A DNA stretch of 64,000 nt, taken from positions 8,432,001 through 8,496,000 of the forward strand of contig JBHGNT010000001.1 in the NCBI GenBank assembly GCA_043228905.1, written 5' to 3'. Of the stretch, positions 1-11,043 are shown one piece after another. The notes beneath the pieces were generated by a model. It saw only the letters and a list, made by a program, of their open reading frames with translations, searched no databases and was not told the origin of the DNA. Both the position numbers and the translations under genes were made by a program. Position 1 is the first letter of the stretch; each line of letters opens with the position of its first letter. Origin of the DNA: Azolla caroliniana (Eukaryota > Plantae > Polypodiophyta).

Positions 1-1945
1 AGTCATATTAGAAGCACCGGCGCCGGCGCCGGCAAAGGCATTGAGCCGGTGGCACAGCCGGATGCTCCGATACTTGGCCGACCTGGCGACACCGTTGCAT
101 GCCACCATACATCGGACACCATTCCAGTGGACCGACACCGAGGATAGGGCGTATAGGGCCCTCAAGGTACTATTGTCGCAAGCACCGGTAGTGCAGCCCC
201 ACAGAACGGGAAGCTCTAGGGATGATCTACAGTGTGACAAACTTTCGGCATTATTTATTGGGAAGGAAGTTTTCCTTCCATGTAGATCATTCGGCACTCC
301 TTTACCTGGTGTCCAAAGCGTCACTCATTGGTAAGTTGGCCCGGTGGACCTTACTGTTACAGGAATTCGAGTTCGAAATATTCCACCGACCCGGGATACA
401 ACATGTCGTAGCGGATTACTTAAGCCGATTAGAGTCCGGAGAGACGGGTGACGGAGTAGCGGACGAGTTTCCGGATGCAGAGCTGTTTCGAGTCACTACG
501 GAAATGGCAGCAGATGAGACGGTGGCACAGGAAGACAAGTGGCTCACAAATATGCACCAGTTTTTTAGCACAGGACTGCCTCCGGAAGAGATGAACCGGG
601 ACGAAAGGAAACGCCTGGCGGTGCAAAGCCGACATTTCTGCTTACTGCGAGACACACTTTACCACAAGGGTGCGGACGGCATATGGAGACGGGCTGTGCG
701 CATCGATGAAAAGGACCTCATACTGAGGGAAGCCCACTGCGGAGTGGCCGGAGGTCATTATGCCAGAGATGCGACGACCAGGAAAATATGGCAAAGTGGC
801 CTATGGTGGCTAGCGACATTAAGAGATGCGGCACGGTACGCAAAAGAATGTGACCTATGCCAACGAATGGGCCAGCCAACGGAGCAGGCTCGTATGCCAC
901 ACCAGCCTGTACTACCATTCGAGCCATTCCAAAAGTGGGGGCTACACTTTGTTGGACCGTTCAAACCACCGGCAATGAGAACATGTAATCGGTACGTCAT
1001 CGTGGCGACGGAATACTGCACGAAATGGGTGGAGGCCAAAGCCTTAAGAGACAACACCGCTGCGTCAACGGCAAAATTTCTATACAAGTACATCTGGTGC
1101 CGTTACGGATGCCCAATCGAATTAATAAGCGACAAGGGGAACACTTTCTCGGCCAAGTAGTTGAAAGCCTGACGACATTCTATGCCGTTGTCCATAAACA
1201 GAGCACGCCATACTATCCGCAAGCGAACGGGTTAGCTGAATCAACGAACAAAACGCTCCAGAATATCCTCCGGAAGATCGTCAACGAAAACCGAACGGAT
1301 TGGGATACCAAGCTACATAGCGCGCTTTGGGCATACCGGATGACATTTAAAACGAGCATCTGAACAACACTGTTCCGGTTAGCATTCAGACTAGAGGCGG
1401 TCATGCCGGTGGAATTCCAAGTACCAATCTTACGGATCCAGCTACGGGAACTGCTGAACGAGAAGGAGTCGGAGGCAATACGGTTAACAACGCTGCGTGA
1501 ACTCGAGGAACAACGACTGGCAAGCATCCTGCACTTAGAATTGGAACAACGGCGACGGAAAGCATTTGTCGACCGGCACATGAAAGGAAATGAAAAAATG
1601 TTCGCAATCGGCAAGCCGGTGTTAGTATTTCAGACCCGGATGGGCAAGATGCCGGGTAAACTACGGTTTAGATGGACCGGTCCGTATTGGCTGACACGTG
1701 AGTATAATGGGTCCTACCAGTTAGGGACACTTGCCGGCGAAGTGCTAGGCAAATGGGTCAACGGATTCCGATTGAAGCCATATAGAGGACCGATGCCCAA
1801 AAACCCATTTGAGCAAAGGACCGACACCGGTGCGGAAACGGCAACCTATGAGGGAAACGGCAACCACCAAGACGGCAGAGACGGCGAGCCGGTAACTGGG
1901 GAGAATGAGGCCGGTAAGGGTCTGATAGGACCAGCGGACAAGTAA
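1..1945 (+). pseudogene. Disrupted gypsy pol (RT thumb/connection, RNase H, integrase)
   Basis: LATPLH..FQW..LSQAPV (RT linker); TEREALGMIYSV.FRHYLLG...VDHSAL...ARW...ADYLSR (RNase H); H-x6-H...CDLC zinc finger; WGL(H)FVGP / ISD.G / QANGLAE catalytic core; RWTGPY motif. Lesions: internal deletion at ~200, first catalytic D changed to H, frameshift at ~1140, TGA at 1361. No chromodomain. Confidence 0.92.
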
Positions 1946-2342
1946 CGTCACATTAACAGTAAAATAAAATAAAATAAAAATAAATAAATAAATAAATAAA
2001 ACGAAGTAATCATGCAAAAGAGAGGAATGAATGGAGGAAAGAGCGAGGAGCGAAAAGGTACGTAGTGGGAATTTAAGCGCCACCACAGGACATAATGCTA
2101 TTTTAGTACACGACGTGCACACACTCGAAAAAGGCGCCAGAATGCACAGAGAAAAACCACTGCGCGTGGAGACCCTCTACTTTCATGAACCTAGGAGTAC
2201 AGAAGCACCAAGGCGCTGCAAGATCATCATACGAGAACCTACACACAGAGAACCCCCGCCTTCTGAACTCTCTCTCTCTCACTCTCACTCTCACTCTCAT
2301 CACCAGCCAACCTCGCCACCACAAGCCGACCTCGACACAGAC

Positions 2343-5139
2343 ATGGACCCGCAAACGCTATCGGAAGCCGCCAAGATCTGGCTAAAGCAACACAAGCTCG
2401 AGGGCTTCTTGATGATTATGGAGGTACCGCCACACAAAGAAGCCGACAAGGTGATCAAAGAAATCGACACAGAGGTCATAACGGCGGAGGCGATTCGAGT
2501 GTTAACAGGCCTTCCGGAGGGAGGCATACTCACGATTGACAATCCGACCTCGGAGCAACTCATCAGGTATTTTGGTGAGTACTCCCTAGCCAGCAAGGGC
2601 TACCGGACACAGGGCGGCGGAGATATGTTGTTCCACGAGATTGCCCGTGTGCTCCACGAATACGGCCATGTGTACCCTAGACCCCTTGTCATGCCGCAAA
2701 ACCGGGCAGGAATGATCATCGCCACCTATGAAGGGGTCAAGGTGGATTGGCCGGTATTGATCGCAGACGGGTTGTGTGTGGCGATCGAGATCGTTAGAGG
2801 CAAAGACGGCAAAGAAAGCCGAGACGGACGGAGGATATGGCACGCCGTAACACAGTGGCTCACCTTGCTTGTGCCACCCGTCTAGCCCGTCCAGCCCAAG
2901 AAGCGAGGAAGAGTGGCGGACGGCATCCCAAAGACGGCTTCCAAAAGACAACAGTTGTTGGCCTCTAAGGCCACTAAGGGGAAGGCGGCGGACGCAGAAC
3001 AGGTGGGAAAGGAGAGCGCTAGCCGGAAGCGACCAACGGATGCGCAAGAGGAACCATCGACACGACCCGTAAAGGTTACACTCCGCCGATCGGTGAATAG
3101 AGAAGCGGACCCCTTGGCGGCAAAACTCAATGCCGGGACTCAGGAAGAGGAAATAGAGGGAGCCTACGGAGCACCTCCAGTGACGGTCGTCAGCAAGGAC
3201 CGTTGAGGCAGCCGAGAAACGTTCGGACCCTCAGACAGAGGGAACACCGGCTCCCCATACTGAGACTCCCACGCCAAGGGAAGAACCGGAACCGGTGCGC
3301 ATGGCACCGGAATCAGAAGCCCCTACACCACCGGCAACACCGGCAAGTCCTATCCCGCCAGAGCCGGAAAGGTCAATGCAGCCTCCCTCGGCCAACCAAG
3401 AAGAAGCGCAAGGGGAACCAGGACAGCAGGGTGGTCCACGGGCAGAAACGGAATTGCAACTCGGCGCAATCAGGCGGGACCACCCATCTACAAGCGAGCC
3501 CATCCGTCAAACCTCCGTGCAAACGCAACAGCAAGGCACCGGTAGCCTGTGGCTCCGGTGGATAGGCGAACAGATTGCCGGAGCAGTGGGTTATATTGAG
3601 GCGGAAGAAAGAGCGCAAAGCGAACTGTTGCTCGTCACAACCGAACAACTAGAGACGACCCGGTCCAAAATCTGGTGCCTTGAAAGAGACTTGGATCAGG
3701 TCACAACAGAGATGGCCAAAATGGCCTTAACGGCAACACAGATCCAATCACCGGTGACTCCGGTAAGTGTACAGAATAAAGAAACAGATCAACATGTACA
3801 TACCAATAAGACCTCGGCAATGGAAATTGTTCCAGAGAGAGATGCGGCGCAAGCCCAGGAGCTTGCGGAATTGAGAGATGAACTTGCCGCACAAGAAGCG
3901 CTAAGGAGCCGGGAACGGGAATTGAAGACAGCGGCCAAAGCCGAATTAAAGAAGACTGCTGAGAACCTCCGCCGGGCAGAGGAGAGCCTCCGGAAAGGCC
4001 ATCAAGCGTACGACCGGCTAAGGGAGGAAAAAGACAAAGTGCTGCAGGAAAAGGACAAGCTGCAGAAGACGGCGGAAACGGAAATTGAACGACTAAAGGA
4101 AGAGCTCCGCCAGCAGAAGGACCGCGAGTACCGGGCCCGTCGACAGATCAACGCACGGCTCAAGCAAAAGACAGATGATTTTGATCACCTGCACCGGGAC
4201 TACAAACGGGTGGAAACGGAGCATAAGGAACGGATGGCCGAGCTCCAACAGGAAGTTGATCGGGCCGCGACGGCGATCGCCGACGAACGTGCGGAAAATA
4301 CAAGACGGTTGGACAAGGCGGAGAAGGTCTGGATGGAGCTCCAAAGGCAGCAGCAGGAAGAAAAGGAGAGAGCGTCAACGGTATTGCAGAAATTACAAAG
4401 CACATATCAAAGGCAATTGACGCATTACAAGGAGCAGGCGGAAGACAACGTCAAAATCATCAAGCAATTGAAGGAGGAACGACAAGCTGCGGAGACCAAA
4501 TCGCAGTTGGGAACGGGCCGGATTCAATGCATCCTCCGGGCATGGTTGAATCAGACAAAACGCTTGATTGACGAAAGCTCCGTAAGATGGTGGACAAAGT
4601 GGGCACAAAACGCGGCGGAACTCCAATTACTACGGGCAAACGTGCCAAACCGGCGGAAGGAAGGAGATGATTGTTACACGTTGACTTCCGAGGACTTCAC
4701 CACCATACGGGACGAGTTGGCCGATGACTTCCAAGTCCTGGCGTATGAACAGCTGGCGCAGGTCCGGCAACTCGTAGCTCAGCTAGATGATGATAGGCTA
4801 GACGCTCAAATCCAGTTTGAAAGCTACGAGCGGTCCCGGGTTCGGGAAGAAAAAGCCCGAGAAGCGGCAACGATTAACCTTAGTGATGAGGAACCGTCGC
4901 CGGCCGAGGGCCAGCCCAGAACCAGTCAACCGGAGACCACTACGACGGAGGGAGCAACGACGGAGATGTCGGTGTTAGAGCAACAAACGGAGGAGCAGCC
5001 GCAGCAGCCACCAACGGACCCGTCGCAGTAGCCATCAACAGAGCAGCAGCAACCACAACAACAACAACAACAACCAATTCCAGATGAACCATTGGAGACT
5101 CTCGAACAAAGCATTCTGGATATTTTGGACGAGGAATAG
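2343..5139 (+). pseudogene. Extra (non gag-pol) ORF of the Gypsy element: N-terminal globular domain, P/E-rich linker, long coiled coil, acidic tail
   Basis: ATG at 2343 (MDPQTLSEAAK). Track ORFs 2031-2885 and 2913-3206 share a frame and are separated only by TAG 2883. One frameshift at ~3184-3204 joins ORF 3295-5031. After TAG 5029 the frame continues (PSTEQQQ...ILDILDEE) to TAG 5137-5139, next to the purine tract and LTR. Confidence 0.75.
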
Positions 5140-5150
5140 CAAGGGTCGGA

Positions 5151-5631
5151 TGTGGATTCGACGTACAAGGTACTGTCCCACGGGCGTGCCATGTGTTACC
5201 GGCTCGGCCGGCAAAGGAGTCCAAAGTGTGAAACGGGGAGTTATTTAATTAGTAGGAATGGTTGTAGGAAAGCTATGAGTGTGGACGGACGGACCGGAAT
5301 CGGTATGCCGTTCCGGATCCGGACCGATCCCGAACAGGTGCGGATGGCACCGTTTTGTAATACAGACCGGAAACCTATTTAAAGGCTCGGATACAATGTA
5401 ATGAACAACGGTTAAGTAATAAAGCTTAGTGTTGTTATCTCTCTGTGTTAATTGCCGTTTTGCATTCATTGTTATATCTTACGCGTGTGAATATTAAGGA
5501 CGATCTTGCTAAGTAACTTAATTAAGTCGGATTAATCGTTGAGTCTAATCCTGTTGCGGCAACACCCCTTTGGTGAAGTGTCTTCCGTAGACACCCTGTG
5601 TTAGGCCATTGTCCGGCCCTAAGAGTTAACA
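5151..5631 (+). repeat. 3' LTR of the Gypsy element
   Basis: Starts TGTGG right after the purine-rich AAGGGTCGGA and ends TTAACA. TATA-like CTATTTAAA at ~5375. The 5' LTR lies outside the window, so the pair cannot be confirmed. Confidence 0.7.
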
Positions 5632-6048
5632 ATGAGACTTTGAGATAGTCATCAATATAAGAATGTTTTCAAAGCACTTGCAAATTCAAACATTCTTGGT
5701 TCTTTTCATTATAAAGATAATTTTGGCCGATTGCAAATAAACATTTTCATGGTTAATTTTTTGCCCTAGATATCTTAGATCATATTGTTCCAGGACATGC
5801 TTTTTAAGATCCAAATAGTCTCATAAAGATTGTAAATAAATATTTTGGCACGATGGTTTACCCTTCCGAAAAAACCATTTGTGTGTCCATGGTGGTCCTT
5901 CTCAACTTTAAGTCTTGGAGTATAGCCACAATATGCATACAACTAGGCATTTCAGAGTCTGCAAGACTTTACAACCAAGATTTTGGAGTCTACAAGACTT
6001 TAGAAGTGTTGGATGCTTGAGAGTTACTAAGTTTGCATTTGCGATATT

Positions 6049-7569
6049 TGTTGTTGGCATACGATGTATTGACTCTATCTACATGTGTCGTGACAACCAT
6101 AACTGGTTTCAATGGTCCATCGAAATCCATTTATTTGGATTTCATTATAGATATCATGTCTTCCAAGGACTTTTGATACCATCCTCATAATGATGGATTG
6201 CAAGTTCACTAAGATCGTGCATTACCTTGCATGCACTAAGTGATCAATAGTTAGGACTCGACAATAGACTTAGTTTTGAGAGAAATATTCGACCATAGTT
6301 TTTGAATGACATCATGAGAAATCATTGCTCATGTTGCTCTAAGGAATGAATAATCTTTCGACGGCTTACAAGTCAATTGCATGATGGAAAGTGGGTGGTA
6401 GGAGGGATAGTGGTTGGTTGCTAGGGCTATCCCATCAAAGGAAATGGCTATATTTTATTGTTTTTTTTTTTTTATCGTCCATGAGGCAAACTTGACCGAT
6501 GGAACCAAATAAACATATTAGATTGTATGTGACTTCTTCCTAAGATGGGGGCTTACTACTTTGCCATAGAAACTTTCTACGTAAATATAATGCACACATA
6601 TGTCCTCACCCTTCTTGGTGGGTATTTTTTTGGAAAACTAGTCCCTCCGGATGGGAAGAGCATGAAGTGGATCAATCGACCTCAACTTGGCCGAGGCCGA
6701 AAATCGACTGCTCATGTTGCTCTAAGGAATGAATAATCTTTCGACGGCTTACAAGTCAGTTGCGTGATGGAAAGTGGGTGGTAGGAGGGATGGGTGGTTG
6801 GTTGGTTGCTAGGTCTATCCCATCAAAGGAAATGGTTATATTTTATTGTTTTTCTTATCGTCCATGAGGCAAACTTGACCGATGGAACCAAATAAACATA
6901 TTAGATTGTATGTGACTTCTTCCTAAGAAGGGGGCTGATTACTTTGCCATAGAAACTCTCTATGTAAATATAATGCACACACATATGTCCTCACCCTTCT
7001 TGGTGGGTATTTTTTGGGAAAACTGGTCCCTTTGGATGGGAAGAGCATGAGGTGGATCAGTTGACCTCAACTCGGTCGAGGCTGAAAATTGATTGGCTGA
7101 AAAATCGACTAATAATTGATTTGGCTTATAACCGAATCAGCCAAAGCTGACTCGGGGCTATAATTGTAAATAACCTCATTGTGCCCTTAGTGGCCTATAT
7201 TTGTAAATAGTTCAACTTGTATATGAGTATAAATATACTTAGGGCAAGTAGTTAGATAGAGATGTACAATCATTGTTGAACACGTTATAGTGGGTAGTGG
7301 GCTCTATAACTAGAGAAAGAGTTGTAACTCTACAGTCGTCTGTCAGACGAAGAAGAACTCAAGGTCGTTGCCTTGAGATTCTTATTGTGTATTTCCTCTC
7401 GATATAGAGATTGAGTTCGGAGTCTGTGGGCTCCCGTGATTTTTCCCATTTTCAGGGTTTCCACATAAACATCCAGTGCCTCTGTGTTTTCTCGTTTTGT
7501 GGATTCATTTTCTGTTTTTCCATTTTACTTGAGAATGATAATCGGTTGTGGCCGATCCCATATACAACA
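6049..7569 (+). mobile_element. Solo LTR (~1.5 kb) with 5-bp TSD
   Basis: ATATT (6044-6048), then TGTTGT...ACAACA, then ATATT (7570-7574). TATAAATA near 7229. U5-like CCCGTGATTTTTCCC...GGGTTTCCAC at ~7433-7464. No coding remnants seen inside. Confidence 0.7.
6326..7095. repeat. Tandem duplication, 2 x ~383 bp, inside the solo LTR
   Basis: GCTCATGTTGCTCTAAGGAATGAATAATC starts at 6327 and 6710. The copies align over their length with few differences. Confidence 0.95.
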
Positions 7570-7574
7570 ATATT

Positions 7575-7950
7575 TGAGTACAACACTTAAATTATCATGC
7601 CCGTCTAATAAGTCATCATACTTCTGGTGAATTACATTATAGATTGAGCATTTGAGAAGTAAGTGATATTCATCCTCCATTGGGTTTTCATTGCATACCT
7701 TAGATATCTTTATACTTGGGTGATGATGGCATGATGCCACCTTACCACCTAACTTGTGTGAGCAAGTTCAAAGTTCAATGTAAGGGTTCTACAAGAGCTA
7801 AGACTCATGGGGGTAGTAAAATATGTTGGATGCATTTTGACATTCTTATCTTGTATTAAGGCTAATATTGCAATGATGGTATAGGGATGGGATTGTATGG
7901 GTATCTCATGGTATTTTGTAATCATCAAATAAATTATTTATCGACTTGTT
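7575..7950 (-). mobile_element. Decayed LINE 3' fragment (RTE-like C-terminus)
   Basis: Minus strand reads L*TCSHKL...KVCNENPMEDEYHLLLKCSIYN, a C-terminal Cys/His motif of LINE ORF2, with stops and frameshifts. Confidence 0.6.
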
Positions 7951-8299
7951 CTTTGGAGAAAACCATTGATATTACTATTGTTTGTATTGTATTCCTACAT
8001 ATACATTATTTTAATGCATGTCTCAAACCATTATTTATATACCTAATATAAGTATTGTACAAGTGAGATTATGTTTAATGATCACCCCTTAAAATGTCTA
8101 TATATCATACATGACATGCTCAAAAGCTTTGTAAGGTCTCTTTGAATCATCATCCATAATGTGATGGCAAGGTTGAAGGTACAAACATATGTTAGGGTAG
8201 TATCTTTCTTGCTTCATTAACTACCACTAGGATGATAGGTTGACTTATTACATTTTCTAGATTTTGCTCACAATAACTCTGTCCATTAATTTTCCAAAT

Positions 8300-9160
8300 A
8301 TATTCCATTCTTTGCAAAAACAAGTTGTCATCCTAATTCCTCACTAGACTATGCTTAAACAACATGTAGAAAAAGTCTCCAAGAATGCTACTATTGACAA
8401 CAGTTCTATCATACAAACTCCAAGAGATTCAATTCTAACTTTCTTGACATTGCCCAATGCTCATACCATGCACAAGTAAGGCATAGATAGTCATTACGTT
8501 GATTCCTCACTATAGAAACATAAGGTTCATGTTGAGGATCATGTTTCTCTATTGTGATGCAACATGAAGACCCAAGTCAAGCCAAAAGTTAGATTTTCGG
8601 CATGTTGCACAATTTGTGATATTCACACAGGTGAATGACGTGACATTTTGTTTCGATATTCCTTCAGATATGTGTATCCACTAGGTGTTCCACGTGACAT
8701 CTTCCAACCATGTGCTCCTAATTACATTCTAAATCAAATGGTTCCGCGACACCTCATGGTCAACTTGTTAATGAACCAACGTTTAAGGTTGAATCTATTT
8801 ATACCTCAAGATCATGCACTACATGTTATGGGCATGACCATATAATATCTCGTGTTAAGATTATACCGTAGCACTTTATCCACGATTATACTGTAGTATT
8901 TTATACACATGGATAAAGTACTACGGTATAATCTTACCACGGGATATTATATGGTCATGCCCGTAACACTACAAGTTATACTATCCTCTTCGTTTGACTA
9001 GGTTATATTTTTAATGATCAAACTTAGGAACCCACAAAAAATCTTGTTAATACACTAGCTCTTGTACCAAAATTTCATCATTGGTGTCCTCATAAACTAG
9101 GTCTCAATTCATGTATTGCAATTCTTGGAACTCATTGTTGATAGAGGGGGATGGAGTTAA
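8300..9160 (+). mobile_element. Highly decayed chromovirus-type Gypsy integrase/chromodomain relic
   Basis: Remnants KLDFRHV..FVIFTQVNDVTF...VFHV (GPY/F region) and GY...DQT*EPTKNL (chromodomain-like), followed by the purine tract AGAGGGGGA at 9143-9151. Confidence 0.55.
8824..8968. mobile_element. 145-bp MITE-like hairpin element, ~59-bp terminal inverted repeats, TGT...ACA ends, 5-bp TSD CTACA
   Basis: Left arm TGTTATGGGCATGACCATATAATATCTCGTG...TTTATCCA is the reverse complement of the right arm TGGATAAAG...GGTCATGCCCGTAACA with about 4 mismatches. CTACA occurs at 8819-8823 and 8969-8973. Confidence 0.88.
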
Positions 9161-10487
9161 CATATCACACATGATAATCATATAATCATTGTAACATTTC
9201 ATATCTAGTATTGTACATATATCACATTATTGTGAGACTCTACACTATAGCTATCATAGCACAATGTATGATAGTTATGCATGATCACAAAGTGGCATGT
9301 TAGGAGAAAAATATGCATAAGACTAGAAGAATTATGTGTAAGGAAGATCTCAATTTTGTCAAACCATTTCGGTTAGCTCCTGTTCTTCTTACATACCATC
9401 AAACTCCTTTTCTTGATTTTTCTTTCCCAATCTAGTATTTTTTTTGGCTTCAACCCTAGACAAAATGTCAAGCGAGCCTCTCTTAGTGTGCACGAGTGCC
9501 CAACCTCATGTAAAGAGAATGTAAGCTAATCTACATGGGAATAAAATGCAGATGACAAACAAAGGAATGAATTCTAGCATGTCTGAATAAGTGAGGTTTC
9601 CCCATCAGATAATATGGTTTTGTTGTTTGGTGCAACATATGCAATATAATGTGTGCCTGCGATTCAGGGTGTGCATCGTTACCAGAACAATAATATTATG
9701 GGTGGTTCCCTGGGGCTACTCGTTGGGAGTGGGGATTGGGCCCCTTGGTGAGTCCCAAGTTGGGGCAGAATAGGGGCACCACATTTGTATGAACCAGAGT
9801 AGACAATGTGAGGAGAGTAAGCTCGAACTGTGATCAAAAGATGGCGAGAGCATTGTAACAAGGACATGCGACCTCAAAACCGATGGGCTTATTTACAACA
9901 CTCAAACCACGTCGTGCCCCTCCCTCCCCATCCTTTCCCTAACTGTTCAGAATAAATTGAAGAGAGAGCGGGAACAAAGAAGTCATATGGAAGGAATGGC
10001 ATGGATGGATGGCGGGGCTAGACGGGATCGACCAATCATATGTACATAATATTATCAGTGATGCGTTGCCACGATGATTGCTCGAGTAAAAAGAAAAGAA
10101 AAGATTGAAGTGAAAATGTTTAGGGTTAAAAAGCCATCAAATTTGTTTAGGTTTTAGATTTCCATTTTTTTTTTCTTCCAAAAAAAATCCCATTTTTTGA
10201 GTTGCTATTAATTTGAGCTTGTGTTTTTAATTAATTAATTAAATTAAATTAAATTAATTAATTAATTTGTGTGTGTGTGTGTGGGAGGTATAAAATGAGG
10301 GCCAAAACAGAGCCCTTAGAGAAAGGGGAGGGGGAGAGTTTTGCAGAGAATAGGGGAAGAACCTGCTGCTCGTTTTCTTCTTGTTTTGCTCCTATTTTGC
10401 AGAGAACCAGCAGAAGAAAGAAGAACGAAGGAGCCATGCACAGGGACTATACGATCCTTTGACCCACAATACTGCCCCTTACCCTGG

Positions 10488-10627
10488 AAACCCTAAAATT
10501 CATTCTTCACCCCTTACAGAATCCACGCAGAGACTCGTGTTGTTGTTGCTCCCGCATGGATTTGTACTGCTCATCGGATTACTGCAAACAGCATCCATTT
10601 CAGCTGATCGTCTTTTCAAAACCCTAA
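10488..10627 (+). promoter_or_regulatory. Two telo-boxes (AAACCCTAA) in the putative promoter/5' UTR of the 11044 gene
   Basis: AAACCCTAA at 10488 and 10619, downstream of an AT-rich TTAA tract at ~10227-10267. Confidence 0.45.
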
Positions 10628-11043
10628 ATTTTCACAGCCAGACGATCGATCACTTCCCGATGTTTTGAATGAACGACTCGAAGAAAAAAAAAACAGGGGA
10701 GGAAAGACACTATAGATACCTAAACATAATATGTCTCTCCCTGCATTGAAGTAAAACTTAAACCTAAACTTAGTGTGGCTGAGATCACAGATTCCCTTTG
10801 ACTGTGTTCTAGCTTGAAAGGGGGAGAAGGAGACATAAGAGGAATATAGAAAGATAAAGATAGAGAGCGGATGTATTGACATGGTGTTTCGAGAGTGCGG
10901 ACAGAGTAGTTCTAGCTCCTCTTTGCTGCCCCCTAGGTCTTGCTATCACTATCAATTCCATTGGTTTTTGGAGGATTCCACAATCATTGTCAGCATCAAC
11001 ATTATCATCACTGTCTTCGACCCTGAAAAGGCTTTGTTAAGCC

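Larger units (their letters stand above)
1..5631 (+). mobile_element. 3' half of a Ty3/Gypsy LTR retrotransposon (non-chromovirus type) with extra ORF and 3' LTR
   Basis: Domain order is RT-connection, RNase H, integrase (Gypsy order), then an extra ORF, a purine-rich tract (~5141-5150) and a TG...CA LTR at 5151-5631. GC content drops sharply after the element. Confidence 0.93.

Noticed and set aside
2031-2342. N-terminal extension of the extra retroelement ORF from ATG 2031
   Set aside because: It runs through a CT/CACTCT microsatellite (LSLSHSHSH), so it is more likely leader sequence. Not fully excluded.
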